Part shown: in pieces, positions 1 through 9,585 of the stretch | Layout of the letters: the number at the start of each line of letters is the position of its first letter | Numbering within the stretch: position 1 is the first letter of the stretch | DNA from: Candidatus Fermentibacterota bacterium | GTDB lineage: Bacteria > Fermentibacterota > Fermentibacteria > Fermentibacterales > JCC-6 | DNA length: 64,000 nt | Assembly: GCA_030609965.1 (NCBI GenBank) | Contig: JAUWSQ010000003.1 | Coordinates: 3,861 to 67,860, forward strand | Direction: 5' to 3' | Notes under the pieces: model-generated | The model's database searches: none | The model's input: the letters and a program-made list of their open reading frames with translations, nothing else | What the model was told of the DNA's origin: nothing | Position numbers and translations under genes: made by a program

Positions 1-906
1 GGTTCTCAACCTCAGGGCATTCATTCAGGTAGAATTCGTTCCGATCAAAGCTCAGTATTTCATTGTAGACCGCACTCAGTCCGGGTTGCCTGCATACCTG
101 CACGATAAGCCGCATGACGATCTCCCGTACAGGGAGCCAGTGTATATCAGTGTAAGCCATCTGCGCTATCCGTCTTGTTGCCCTGTTACGCAATTCGCAG
201 ACTCCCACAGGATGGTTGTTCTCGATAATGGAATTAACAGCGACCAGGGTTTTAAGTATTTCCCCGTCATCATCACCGACGATTACGAAACCCGCGCACT
301 TCTGAAAACAGGGCAGCTGCAGGGAATCAACATCGGTTGTATTGCCGGAGCGGCAGATGACAATGCGCGCGCTTTTTCTTCCGAGGCGCTGAGTTAGAAT
401 CTCTTCTATCTCCTCACGGGAACTGTTTGAAAAGATCACGATCTTGCCCTTTATTGAGTCCTCCTCGTGAGCTTTAATGAGTTCCCTCGTAACTTCGAAA
501 AGCCTGTCTCCATCACCGCATACGATGTAGTGGTCTTTCTCAAGTACCTGGGATTTCCCCCTCTTCAGGGCTTCAAGCTGCTCTGTGATCTTGGAGGAGA
601 GAATACCGATGAGAAGGGAGAGAACAAGGATACCGCCAAGAGTGACCAGTACGCCTACTAAAGCGATTTGCGGGTTATCGTTGTCGTTTATGAAGGTTCC
701 CTGGTCGAGCAGCCTGGTGAATGACCACCAGAAGCTGTCGGAAGTAAGACCCTTCACAAGAGCCATTCCTGTAACAATTATCAATCCGGATATTACGAAG
801 AGAACAAGTATCTGCCAGGCGGGATTCCTTATAAGAAGATTGTTTATGAAGTATCTGATTCTGCTGCCGATTGTAACACACTTCACTTTTTTCTTCCTGC
901 AGAACA
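1..906 (-). CDS. Ion channel, 2-TM pore plus RCK/TrkA-N domain, CASTOR/POLLUX-like (no GYGD filter). 5'-partial: runs off the window edge.
   Basis: Manual minus-strand translation gives MFCRKKK..WQILVLFVISGLIIVTGMALV (TM1), SDSFWWSFTRLLDQGTF (pore helix/filter-like), IALVGVLVTLGGILVLSLLIGIL (TM2), then KDHYIVCGDGDRLFEV..IVIFS.. (Rossmann-like RCK). Frame is open to position 1. AAAGGA RBS precedes the ATG at 904-906. Not in the ORF track because it hits the edge. Confidence 0.65.
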
Positions 907-1113
907 TCACTTGTTCCTTTTTTGCTCCGTGACGAAATGATGTGTAAGGTATCCGATTAAGAAACCGATAATGGCAACGAAGAAAATGAGAATTATCATG
1001 GACATGCTGATCTTCCACAATAGAAGGTGTACATCCACCGCATTTGAGTTCTGAATAACGATGACAGTCAGCAGGATTGCGAGAACTAGAATCAAGGCCA
1101 TTTTAGGCTTCAT
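907..1113 (-). CDS. Small membrane protein (68 aa, two hydrophobic helices). Its stop overlaps the channel start (TGATG).
   Basis: Hydrophobic composition and translational-coupling overlap with the downstream channel gene. No recognisable family. Confidence 0.35.
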   Translation of the reverse strand: MKPKMALILVLAILLTVIVIQNSNAVDVHLLLWKISMSMIILIFFVAIIGFLIGYLTHHFVTEQKRNK

Positions 1114-1147
1114 AGCAAACCATCCTTATCTGGTACTCTCTTTACTC

Positions 1148-2227
1148 TTATGCTTCTTCGAGTTCGCAGAGAAGTTCCTGGATCAGTTCTTCAACGGTCA
1201 CTATCTTATCAACACGGTACGCATTCTGACCGCAGAAAATGAGACCATGATCTACATCACCAAAATAGGATTTAAGAAGAGCCAGTGCGATACAGTATCT
1301 TGCAGTCTCGACTTTGCAGGCAGTGAGGCACCTGTAAGGGCAGGATATTTTCAATTTTCCCTTGATTTCGAGATCCTTCAAAAATTGATTATTTATCGCC
1401 CGGCCAGGCAGTCCGACAGGACTCTTGATAATAACGATATCCTCTTCTTTTGCATCCAGATAAGCCTGTTTGAATTGCTGAGAGACACCGCATTCTTCAG
1501 TGCAGACAAAGCGTGTTCCCATCTGAACACCTGATGCACCCATGGAAAGCATTCTAGCGATATCTTTCCCGGTGTAAATGCCACCCGCGACAATAATAGG
1601 GATTTTTCTTCCGTACTTATCTTCGTAAGGTTTAATGGTCTCCAGGACTTCCGGCAGAAGCTTTTCAAGGGAGTAATCCTCTGGATGCTCCAGCTGTTCT
1701 GGTGAAAAACCGAGATGTCCTCCAGCCAGCGGTCCTTCCAGGATCATTGCATCGGTGATTCGCTCAAATCGTCTATCCCAGGTTCGCAGTATTAATTCTG
1801 CAACTCTTGCAGAACTTATAATGGGTACAAGGTTGACGTCGGGATCCGGGACTAAAGCCGGAAGTCTGGTTGGTAATCCGGCGCCAAATACGATTATTGT
1901 AAGTCCGGCAGCTACCGTTGCTTTGATAAGATTATCTACGTTGGTGAGCACTCCCATGAAGTTTACCGCGATGTGGCCATCTGTCATGATTCGGGCTTTA
2001 CGGACTTCATCTACTAAAGCTTCAAGGGATGTTCTTTCACACACCTCCGCTGAACCTTCGATATTACCTAAACCAATACTGGAGATTGTACCGATTCCGC
2101 CCTGGTTCGCAACTGCTGAAGCCAGCGAAGCAAGCGAAACCCTGACACCCATTCCGCCTTGAACAATTGGTATCTTGGCGGTTATACTTCCTATCTGAAG
2201 CTTAGGAATTTTCATTTGAATCTCCAT
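1148..2227 (-). CDS. fabK: Enoyl-[acyl-carrier-protein] reductase II (FabK); nitronate monooxygenase/NPD family.
   Basis: FMN-dependent TIM-barrel NPD-family motifs (GGMGVRVS.., VAGGIYTGKDIA..). Adjacent to and overlapping fabF. Confidence 0.8.
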   Translation of the reverse strand: MEIQMKIPKLQIGSITAKIPIVQGGMGVRVSLASLASAVANQGGIGTISSIGLGNIEGSAEVCERTSLEALVDEVRKARIMTDGHIAVNFMGVLTNVDNLIKATVAAGLTIIVFGAGLPTRLPALVPDPDVNLVPIISSARVAELILRTWDRRFERITDAMILEGPLAGGHLGFSPEQLEHPEDYSLEKLLPEVLETIKPYEDKYGRKIPIIVAGGIYTGKDIARMLSMGASGVQMGTRFVCTEECGVSQQFKQAYLDAKEEDIVIIKSPVGLPGRAINNQFLKDLEIKGKLKISCPYRCLTACKVETARYCIALALLKSYFGDVDHGLIFCGQNAYRVDKIVTVEELIQELLCELEEA

Positions 2228-3467
2228 ATTTCTTAATTACAAGGCAAGCGTTTCCTCCGCCGAAGCCAAATGAATTACTCATTGCTGATTTTAGATCGAG
2301 CGATTCAGAACAATTGGTAACATAATCAAGAGTACAATCAGGATCAGGTTCTTTATAATGAATGGTAGGAGGGATCATTCCTGTGAAAACACTCAATACT
2401 GTCGATACGAATTCCACAGATCCTGCACCAGCCAATAGATGGCCAATCATTGATTTTATAGAGCTGACTTTCAAGGATTTTGCATGTTCGCCAAATACTT
2501 TTACAATAGCTGCACTCTCGCATTTATCATTCAAAGCAGTGGATGTACCATGTGCGTTGATGTAACCAATACTCTCAATATCCATATCAGCGTCCTGCAG
2601 TGCTGCCTGCATAACGCGGATCATGCCTTCGCTTTCAGGTTGTGGTGCTGTGATATGATACGCATCGGCCGTGTTTCCGTAACCAGCTAGTTCAGCGTAG
2701 ATGTCTGCACCTCGATCTAAAGCGTGTTTCAGATTTTCCAGAACAACTATCCCGGCTCCTTCCCCCATAACAAAACCATCACGGTTCAAATCGAATGGTC
2801 TGGAGGCATTTTCAACACACTCGTTGGAAGTCATGGATCGTGTGGCGCAGAAACATCCCCATGGAAGCGGATTTATACATGCTTCGGAACTGCCTGCTAT
2901 CATTATGTCGGCATCCCCCCTCTGAAGAATCCGAAAAGCATCACCGATTGCGTTTGATCCGGTAGAACAGGCCACAGAGGGAGCAGAGAGGGGACCTTTA
3001 AACCCGTACTCTATGGAGACCATGCACGCAGCCATATTGATGAGCAGCCTCGAGACAAATAGAGGATTCATACTTCTTGGTCCTTTTTCCAGAAGTATGG
3101 AGTACCCGTCTTCGATAGCCTGCGCACCGCCAATTCCGGACCCGATAATGACACCTGCTCTATTTTTGTCAAATGAGAATGTATCCAATCCTGCATCTTC
3201 AATCGCCATGGCAGATGCGGCGAGTCCAAACTGAGTGAATCGATCCATACGCCTTGCAGATTTTCTGTCAACCCAGTCTTCAGGATGAAAATCTGTCACT
3301 TCGCCTGCGAGTGTAGAACGAAAATCTGTTACATCAAAGCCGGTAACCCTCGCAATTCCATTTCTTCCAGTCTTTAATCCTTCTATAAAATCTTTTACAC
3401 CTATACCAATCGGTGTTACAGCGCCCAAACCTGTGATAACAACCTGATGTTCGTTCAGCATTAACAA
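2202..3467 (-). CDS. fabF: 3-oxoacyl-ACP synthase II.
   Basis: KAS II signatures: active-site Cys region ACSTGSNAIGDA, HGTSTALNDK and GHLLGAAG motifs, C-terminal GFGGGNACLVI. Confidence 0.9.
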   Translation of the reverse strand: MLMLNEHQVVITGLGAVTPIGIGVKDFIEGLKTGRNGIARVTGFDVTDFRSTLAGEVTDFHPEDWVDRKSARRMDRFTQFGLAASAMAIEDAGLDTFSFDKNRAGVIIGSGIGGAQAIEDGYSILLEKGPRSMNPLFVSRLLINMAACMVSIEYGFKGPLSAPSVACSTGSNAIGDAFRILQRGDADIMIAGSSEACINPLPWGCFCATRSMTSNECVENASRPFDLNRDGFVMGEGAGIVVLENLKHALDRGADIYAELAGYGNTADAYHITAPQPESEGMIRVMQAALQDADMDIESIGYINAHGTSTALNDKCESAAIVKVFGEHAKSLKVSSIKSMIGHLLAGAGSVEFVSTVLSVFTGMIPPTIHYKEPDPDCTLDYVTNCSESLDLKSAMSNSFGFGGGNACLVIKKYGDSNENS

Positions 3468-3656
3468 TTCCTTTTTAAAGTTTCATACATTATTAACTCA
3501 ATGGCAATTCCTCAGAAGATTTGAGTGTGTTGTCCAGAGAGATAATCTTAACAGTATACGGCAATATACGGTATTTTATCAATCATTGCCCAAAACTGTT
3601 TCAATCCTTTCATTCAGCTTCTGCATTCGAGGCAGGGCAATCAATCCATTGAGTAT

Positions 3657-4034
3657 TTATTTAATTATCCTGACCCACTGTCTCCGCCATTCAGGAGCTT
3701 CGAAAGTATCCGGCCAGAATTCTGTTTGTCTGGTGATCAGGTCATTCTCAACCGTATGGAACGTTATTGCTCTGGCTCTGACTGTACCATCTGTGATATC
3801 TACATCACTGACTACGTGATTACCCTCACAGATAATTGAATTGATTTGAAATATCCAGTTTCCGTTTGAAGGGTAATTAGTGTTGATCTCAGCAAAATTT
3901 GCTCTACCAACGATCAATTCACATGATTGAGGCCAGTAGCATTCGAAATCCTCAGAGAGCCATTCACTTGCCCTGTAGTAGTCATTGCTCTCCGCGGTCT
4001 TCCAGAATGCCAGTACAACTTCTTTTGCGTTCAT
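3657..4034 (-). CDS. SnoaL-like / NTF2-superfamily protein (ketosteroid-isomerase-like fold).
   Basis: 125 aa, NTF2-like length and pattern (AFWKTAESNDYYRASEWLSEDFECYWP..). A truncated paralogous copy is at 17.55-17.73 kb. Confidence 0.55.
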   Translation of the reverse strand: MNAKEVVLAFWKTAESNDYYRASEWLSEDFECYWPQSCELIVGRANFAEINTNYPSNGNWIFQINSIICEGNHVVSDVDITDGTVRARAITFHTVENDLITRQTEFWPDTFEAPEWRRQWVRIIK

Positions 4035-4073
4035 ATAATATCTTCCTTAACGGGTTAACTGGAGGAAAAAACT

Positions 4074-4104
4074 CTGACAACCCAAGTTAACGCAGTTGTT
4101 ACTC
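4074..4104. promoter_or_regulatory. Conserved motif TGACAA-N5-AGTTAACGC-N-GTTGTTAC upstream of the SnoaL-like gene. Extra GTTAAC hexamers at 4049-4066.
   Basis: A near-identical 31-bp motif recurs at 18322-18352 (GTTAAC-N6-GTTAAC). GTTAAC is palindromic. Candidate operator/promoter. Confidence 0.4.
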
Positions 4105-4179
4105 ATTGAGGCCTCCCTCTTCGGCAAACAGCAATGTATGTTGAAGGTGGCAACCTATAACCAAAGGAGGAGACCCAAT

Positions 4180-4650
4180 GAGATATTTATACGACTTCCC
4201 ATCAATATTACTGCGGAATCGATCTGCACACCAGGGTCATGTATCTCTGCATCATCAGCTCTGATGGTGAAATCGTTCTTCACCGGAACATGGAAGCAAA
4301 TCCGGAATCCCTGCTTAAAGCAATCGAACCGTACAGACCTGATGAGGAAGGTATCCCATTTACCCCGGGACATGCCCTTTACATGAAGGCCATCCATAGA
4401 GGAAAGGCCAAGAATGACAGGATAGACTCTGGAAAGATCGCAGCCATGCTGAGAGGAGGGATGTTCCCCATGGCCTATGTCTATCCTGCGAAGATGAGAG
4501 CTCTGCGGGATCTGCTTCGCAGACCGCTCCAAACACTTGTATCCCGCAGATGGAGCATGTTTACGTGTATGCTTTGCCAGTTGAGACAAAGACCAGACTT
4601 TTGCGGCATAACCGTGATCCTTCGGCTTCGTGCAGGCCAGGTTAACCCCC
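4180..4650 (+). mobile_element. IS110-family transposase remnant (frameshifted, internally deleted, C-terminally truncated).
   Basis: Translation gives YCGIDLHTRVMYLCIISSDGEIVLHRNMEANPESLLKAIEPY.. and ..KAKNDRIDSGKIAAMLRGGMFPMAYVYPAKMRALRDLLRR.., matching the IS110 DEDD N-terminal domain. The ATG is in a different frame from the conserved block. No C-terminal transposase domain. Confidence 0.6.
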
Positions 4651-4759
4651 CACGCCTTCGCACCCTCTGTTATTGTGGGAGATGGTGAGAGAGTCCGGGA
4701 CACGGTCAGTGCGGAACAATTATATTCACGGTTGCTGACGAAACAGAGATCCGTCACCG

Positions 4760-6202
4760 ATGAATTTCAGGAAGAGAGTACGAAACATGAAAAAGAGAGC
4801 CCGGCTATTTATCCCTCTGATGCTGCTGTTTATTGTTCTTCTGGCTTTTGGATTCATCAACAGGGGCCGCATAAGATCGACCATGTTGACATTCCTCCAT
4901 TCCTTCGATGATACGCAGGAAGTGGAACCGCTCAGAGGAGACCCGATGCCCGGCCTGTGGAACCCTGCGAGAGATGGAGGTCTCGCAGCGGACACAACGG
5001 GACAACAGGAACATGACAGGCTTGAGCTGCTCCACTCTCTTGGTTATCTCTCCGGTTACGAGGATGCTCCAATGGAAAGCAGCGTTACTGTCTACTATCC
5101 CGATAGAGCCTCCCCAGGATACAACATCGTGACCTCCGCACACGCGCCGGGAGCCATCATGCTTGACATGGAGGGAAATACAGTCCACCAATGGTATGTG
5201 GATGAGAGGGAACTCCACGAAGCGTGGCCAGGTGTCGCTGAGATGGATGCTGAATTCGATTTCTGGCGAAGGGTCTACCTCTGCGACAATGGAGACATTC
5301 TTGCCATAATCAGCGGAGCCGGCCTCTTCAAGCTGGACAAAGATTCGAACCTTCTATGGACAAGCGACCTGATCGATGCTCATCACGATGTCGATATAGG
5401 AGATGACGGTCTTATTTACGTTATCGGCCGTAAGGTGCACATCAATGAGGATTACAATCCGGATGATTTTATTGCGGAAGACTTCCTCTACACACTGGAT
5501 TCACTTGGCAACACCATCGATGAACTATCCATCCTGGACCTTGTAGCCAGGTCATCATACGCTCCGAACCTCCGGAATGCGGCGATCAGGAACGGATTCA
5601 GGATGGCCATGAGGGGGGAGATATTCACTGTCGATTTAAGTGACATCCCTCTGGCGGGAGATGTTCTCCACTGCAACTCCGTTGCGTTCATCCATGAGGG
5701 ACAACTGCCGGAGAGTTACAGCGGGCCCCTGAGGGAAGGAACGGTAATTCTTTCCTGCAGGACCATAGACCTCGTCCTGGCAGCGGACCTCGAGACCGGT
5801 GAAGTGTACTGGGCCGAGTCCGACCTCTGGTGTGCCCAGCATGAACCCGTACTTCTTCCGGACGGTAACATGCTGATATTCGACAACCTGGGTATACCGG
5901 GATATTCCACTGTGCTGGAGTTCGATCCGGCTACCAGGGAGGTGGAATGGTATTACAGGGGCACTGAGGGCAATCCCTTCTATACACTTGGGATAGGATC
6001 CTGCCAGCGCCTTCCCAACGGCAACACACTTATCACCGAATCGATGTTTGGCAGAGCCTTCGAGGTTAACCTTGAATGTGAAACGGTCTGGGAGTATTAC
6101 AACCCTAATCGCTCAGGCCCGAACAGTGAACTGATAGCGACTCTCCATGAGGTGTTCAGGGTAAACGGTGAATATGTCGAAGGATGGTTCTCCGCAGAGT
6201 AA
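4760..6202 (+). CDS. Membrane-anchored arylsulfotransferase-family (ASST-like) beta-propeller protein.
   Basis: N-terminal TM anchor. Repeated propeller-like blades with DGN/NG.TL/H.NS motifs resembling bacterial aryl sulfotransferase family proteins. The family call is tentative. Confidence 0.5.
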   Translation: MNFRKRVRNMKKRARLFIPLMLLFIVLLAFGFINRGRIRSTMLTFLHSFDDTQEVEPLRGDPMPGLWNPARDGGLAADTTGQQEHDRLELLHSLGYLSGYEDAPMESSVTVYYPDRASPGYNIVTSAHAPGAIMLDMEGNTVHQWYVDERELHEAWPGVAEMDAEFDFWRRVYLCDNGDILAIISGAGLFKLDKDSNLLWTSDLIDAHHDVDIGDDGLIYVIGRKVHINEDYNPDDFIAEDFLYTLDSLGNTIDELSILDLVARSSYAPNLRNAAIRNGFRMAMRGEIFTVDLSDIPLAGDVLHCNSVAFIHEGQLPESYSGPLREGTVILSCRTIDLVLAADLETGEVYWAESDLWCAQHEPVLLPDGNMLIFDNLGIPGYSTVLEFDPATREVEWYYRGTEGNPFYTLGIGSCQRLPNGNTLITESMFGRAFEVNLECETVWEYYNPNRSGPNSELIATLHEVFRVNGEYVEGWFSAE

Positions 6203-6211
6203 CCGGAACTC

Positions 6212-7618
6212 TCAATCCGCCACAACGTGTGATTCAAAGACCTTCCCATACCCGGCCCATTCTTCACGGTCCCATGCAAGGTCGGCCCCAAGGCATTTTC
6301 CCGCGGCGACTCCCATTTCAATTGCGTGATGCACGTTGTCATGAATGAAGAGTCCCTGACGGCCAAGAGTGACTAGACCGTTCAGAGAGTCCAGATAATT
6401 CTCAACCTGAGAGAGGTTCTTCCGGAATTCAAGATCGTATACCGGATAGATGTTTTCTCTTCTGATCATCGTATGGCTTATTACCTCCGGGGCTGGAAGA
6501 CCCGTTCCCTCGAGATCATGCAGAACTCTGGCAAGAACCTCTTCGGCATCCATGCCCCATATTCCGTCTCCCCTGCTGCAGGGGATCTCGAAGCAGAGGC
6601 CGGTTCTATCCGGCGGATAACCTGACATACTGTAGTTCCCTGGTTCTGAAAGCCTTGAGAATATTGCTTCCTCTCCAGGGAAGTAGTGGGCATCGTACTG
6701 TGTATACCGTTCTCCTCTGACTTCCAGGAAACAGAAGATCATCGATCTGAAGGAAAGCCCGGCTGCGGCCTCGGTAACCGGCTGAGGGACAGTGGGTTCG
6801 AGTATATCTATCAGTCTGGTGACAGGTATGGTAGACAGGACAAAATCAGCCATGACCTCCACTCCGTTCCCAAGGATCACAGCTTCCGGGATTCCTTTAT
6901 CGGACAACTTCAAGGTTACAGCGGGGGAGCCGCAGAGGATCCTGACACCAAGTTTTTCCGCTTCTTCCGCGGTTCTATCGGCGATCTGTCCGAAGCCCTT
7001 TGCGGGGTAATAGAATATGTTCCCGGCGCTCCCTGGTCGGAATACGGATGAGAGAACCTTCCCGATGATCCTGGATATGCTGCCTGAAGCCACCCTTTTC
7101 CTGGCCTGGACCGCCGACAGTTCCCCCTGAGGGAGCCCCCACAATTTTCTGGCGTACGGGAAGTAGAACCGTCTGCTGATCGTGCTCCCCAGCCCCATGA
7201 TCAGGGTGTCCTCGAAAGTGGTACCATCCCTCTTTCTTCTAAAGGGAGATACAAGTGTATCCTTGAGAAAACCAGCGGAGAAAGAAGGTGGAAGGCTGAA
7301 CAGGAGATCGGCAGGCCGCAGGGGGAATGAGATGAATCGCCCTTCAAGCAGAATCCTTCCGTTGCGTGGCCGTTTAAGCAGATCGTTGCCCAGCATGCCG
7401 GAGATCCGCTCCAGAATCCAGGGGGGTGTAGCGGGGTGAAGCCTGTGGCTCCCGTAGTCGAAGGTGATTCCCCTGTAGTCGAAGCTGCCGGTTATTCCTC
7501 CCGGCCTGTCCTCACTCTCCACCAGGGTTACATCAAGTTCCGGATGCCTTTCCGCCAGAACAAGGGTGGACCAGAGGCCGGCGGGTCCGGCACCAAGTAT
7601 CACCACTCTCTTCTTCAA
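6212..7618 (-). CDS. FAD-dependent oxidoreductase (amine oxidase / protoporphyrinogen oxidase / Glf-like).
   Basis: N-terminal KKRVVILGAGPAGL Rossmann dinucleotide motif. Probable TTG start at 7616-7618 overlaps the asnB TGA stop (TTGA). The track ORF extends to 7708. Confidence 0.7.
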   Translation of the reverse strand: MKKRVVILGAGPAGLWSTLVLAERHPELDVTLVESEDRPGGITGSFDYRGITFDYGSHRLHPATPPWILERISGMLGNDLLKRPRNGRILLEGRFISFPLRPADLLFSLPPSFSAGFLKDTLVSPFRRKRDGTTFEDTLIMGLGSTISRRFYFPYARKLWGLPQGELSAVQARKRVASGSISRIIGKVLSSVFRPGSAGNIFYYPAKGFGQIADRTAEEAEKLGVRILCGSPAVTLKLSDKGIPEAVILGNGVEVMADFVLSTIPVTRLIDILEPTVPQPVTEAAAGLSFRSMIFCFLEVRGERYTQYDAHYFPGEEAIFSRLSEPGNYSMSGYPPDRTGLCFEIPCSRGDGIWGMDAEEVLARVLHDLEGTGLPAPEVISHTMIRRENIYPVYDLEFRKNLSQVENYLDSLNGLVTLGRQGLFIHDNVHHAIEMGVAAGKCLGADLAWDREEWAGYGKVFESHVVAD

Positions 7619-9582
7619 GATCGATCCACTCCGGGTCTGATGTGAGAGAGGTAATCCTCCGAGGATATGTACATCCCGTGCCACATCATGTAGTTCATGA
7701 TCCCCCACAGGGCTCTTCCATGGTCCACCCGCATGCTGTCATGCTCTTCCCACAGCCTCTTCACTCCGTCTGGATTGAACAGTCCGGTGGCACTGAGTTT
7801 CGAGGGTTCCAGGTATTCCAAGGCAACGTCTCTTAGTTCACTTCGGATCCATTTCGAGTAGGGCATCTCGAGGCCAACTTTTTTCTTGCGGACGATGGAA
7901 TCGGGAAGCAGGTCTTTCATTGCCTTCTTGAGAAGCGCCTTCTTATTCATTCCGGGCAGCTTGTGCCTGACGGGTACACTGGAGAGGAACCGGAACAGCT
8001 CCGTGTCGGTGAAGGGAACTCTGGCCTCGATGGAATGGGCCATGGTCATCCTGTCGTTCTTGATCATAAGGTCATGGGGTAAATGGCACGAAGTGTCTAT
8101 GCACAGGAGCCTGTTCAGGTCCGAAGAAGCCTTGCAGTTGCGGTATATATCCCTGAAGAGATCTGATGGCTCCGGAAAACCTGTAAACCTCTCTGGATCC
8201 TGCAGGATCTCACGTCTGGTATCCCCGGAGAGGACCATACGCCAGAAGTAGTGTGACTCCGGGACATCAAGCTCCGAGCCCCGGGCGAACCTTTTCGCCT
8301 TGAACTCGAAACTCAGTTTGCTGTGTGAGACCGGAAGCATGTTCACAGCCCTGCCGATCAGATTCCTTCTGATAAAACCGGGAACTATTCTGCGGTAGAG
8401 CTTCCGGGCTTTGCAGGCAGCATGGGTGTCGTAACCGGCGAATACTTCGTCCCCTCCTTCACCTGAGAGCAGCACAGTAACAAGCTGTGAAGCCTCTTCG
8501 GCCAGCAGCCAGGTGGGGATGGCTGAACCGTCAGCATAGGGTTCATCAATGTGAGCCAGGTAACCGGGAAGAAGACCTGCTACCTTTTCGGGGGTCACAT
8601 CTATCCGATGGTGTCTTGTTCCGAACTGACGGGCGACCAGCGCTGCAAACTCCGACTCGTCGAAACTGCTGTCGCTGAAGCCCAGAGAGAACGTGTGAAA
8701 ATCTCCATCCCCCCTTATCTCAGCCATCAGCGCAGTTATCGAGCTTGAATCCAGTCCCCCCGAGAGCATGACACCAACGGGGACATCGGAGATCAGAGTT
8801 CTCCGGACGGCCTTCTCAAGAAGGTCCCTGCTTGTGCTGCAGGCCTCCTCAGCGGAAATCGACCGGTTCTCGGAATACTCGAAAGTGAAAAACTCCCACT
8901 CCTTCCGCTTCCCTGTTCCCTGCTCCAGAGTCATGGCGCTGCCGGGGGCAAGTTCCATTATACCCTGGAATGGAGTGAGTTCACCCGGGACGTAGTCAAA
9001 AGCGAGATAGCTGTCGAGGGCTCTGAGAGATGGCGTTCTTTCGACCCCGGGCACCTGAAGCAGTGCTTTTATCTCGGAAGCGAACCAGAAACCTTCCGAG
9101 GTTTCAGTGTAGAAGAGAGGCTTGATACCGAAGGGGTCTCTAGCGATAAGGAGCCTGTTCTTCCTGCCATCCCAGATGGCAAGGGAATACATTCCGTTCA
9201 GCTCCTCCAGAAAACGGTCACCAAGTTCCTCGTATAGATGCAGAATAACCTCGGTATCAGTGGATGAGCGGAAGCGGTAACCCTTCGAATCCAGAGCGAA
9301 TCTCGATCTTAACTCACGGAAGTTGTAGACTTCACCGTTGTAGACAATCCATACGCTGCCGTCATTGCTGCACATGGGCTGGCGACCGGACCTGCTGAGA
9401 TCGATAACGCTCAGCCTTCTGTGGACCAGCCCGCAGGGACCCTGCACTTCACAGCCGCTGTCATCCGGCCCCCTGTGGGTCAGTACTCCTCCCATTTTCA
9501 GGAGAAGGGCTTCATCGGGGCCGGCTGCACGGTCATTTGAGCTGTAGCGGTCGAACAGTAGCCCTCCGGCAAATCCGCACAT
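7615..9582 (-). CDS. asnB: Asparagine synthetase family glutamine amidotransferase (AsnB-like), 655 aa.
   Basis: N-terminal MCG (Cys2 Ntn glutaminase), SGGLDSS PP-loop motif. Typical AsnB length. Confidence 0.85.
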   Translation of the reverse strand: MCGFAGGLLFDRYSSNDRAAGPDEALLLKMGGVLTHRGPDDSGCEVQGPCGLVHRRLSVIDLSRSGRQPMCSNDGSVWIVYNGEVYNFRELRSRFALDSKGYRFRSSTDTEVILHLYEELGDRFLEELNGMYSLAIWDGRKNRLLIARDPFGIKPLFYTETSEGFWFASEIKALLQVPGVERTPSLRALDSYLAFDYVPGELTPFQGIMELAPGSAMTLEQGTGKRKEWEFFTFEYSENRSISAEEACSTSRDLLEKAVRRTLISDVPVGVMLSGGLDSSSITALMAEIRGDGDFHTFSLGFSDSSFDESEFAALVARQFGTRHHRIDVTPEKVAGLLPGYLAHIDEPYADGSAIPTWLLAEEASQLVTVLLSGEGGDEVFAGYDTHAACKARKLYRRIVPGFIRRNLIGRAVNMLPVSHSKLSFEFKAKRFARGSELDVPESHYFWRMVLSGDTRREILQDPERFTGFPEPSDLFRDIYRNCKASSDLNRLLCIDTSCHLPHDLMIKNDRMTMAHSIEARVPFTDTELFRFLSSVPVRHKLPGMNKKALLKKAMKDLLPDSIVRKKKVGLEMPYSKWIRSELRDVALEYLEPSKLSATGLFNPDGVKRLWEEHDSMRVDHGRALWGIMNYMMWHGMYISSEDYLSHIRPGVDRS

Positions 9583-9585
9583 ATG

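Noticed and set aside
86-397. Plus-strand 103-aa ORF at the start of the window (also 467..661 and 585..932 plus).
   Set aside because: The opposite strand carries a continuous, family-recognisable channel gene through this whole region; the plus ORFs have no motifs and are antisense artefacts.
907-1113. Possibility that the 68-aa membrane ORF and the channel are one frameshifted gene (T6 homopolymer at about 915-920).
   Set aside because: The channel has its own ATG with an AAAGGA RBS and a complete TM1-pore-TM2 topology downstream of it. The TGATG overlap fits two coupled genes better than a frameshift.
4155-4757. 200-aa minus-strand ORF.
   Set aside because: Antisense to the IS110 transposase remnant. 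Sequence shows no protein-like pattern.
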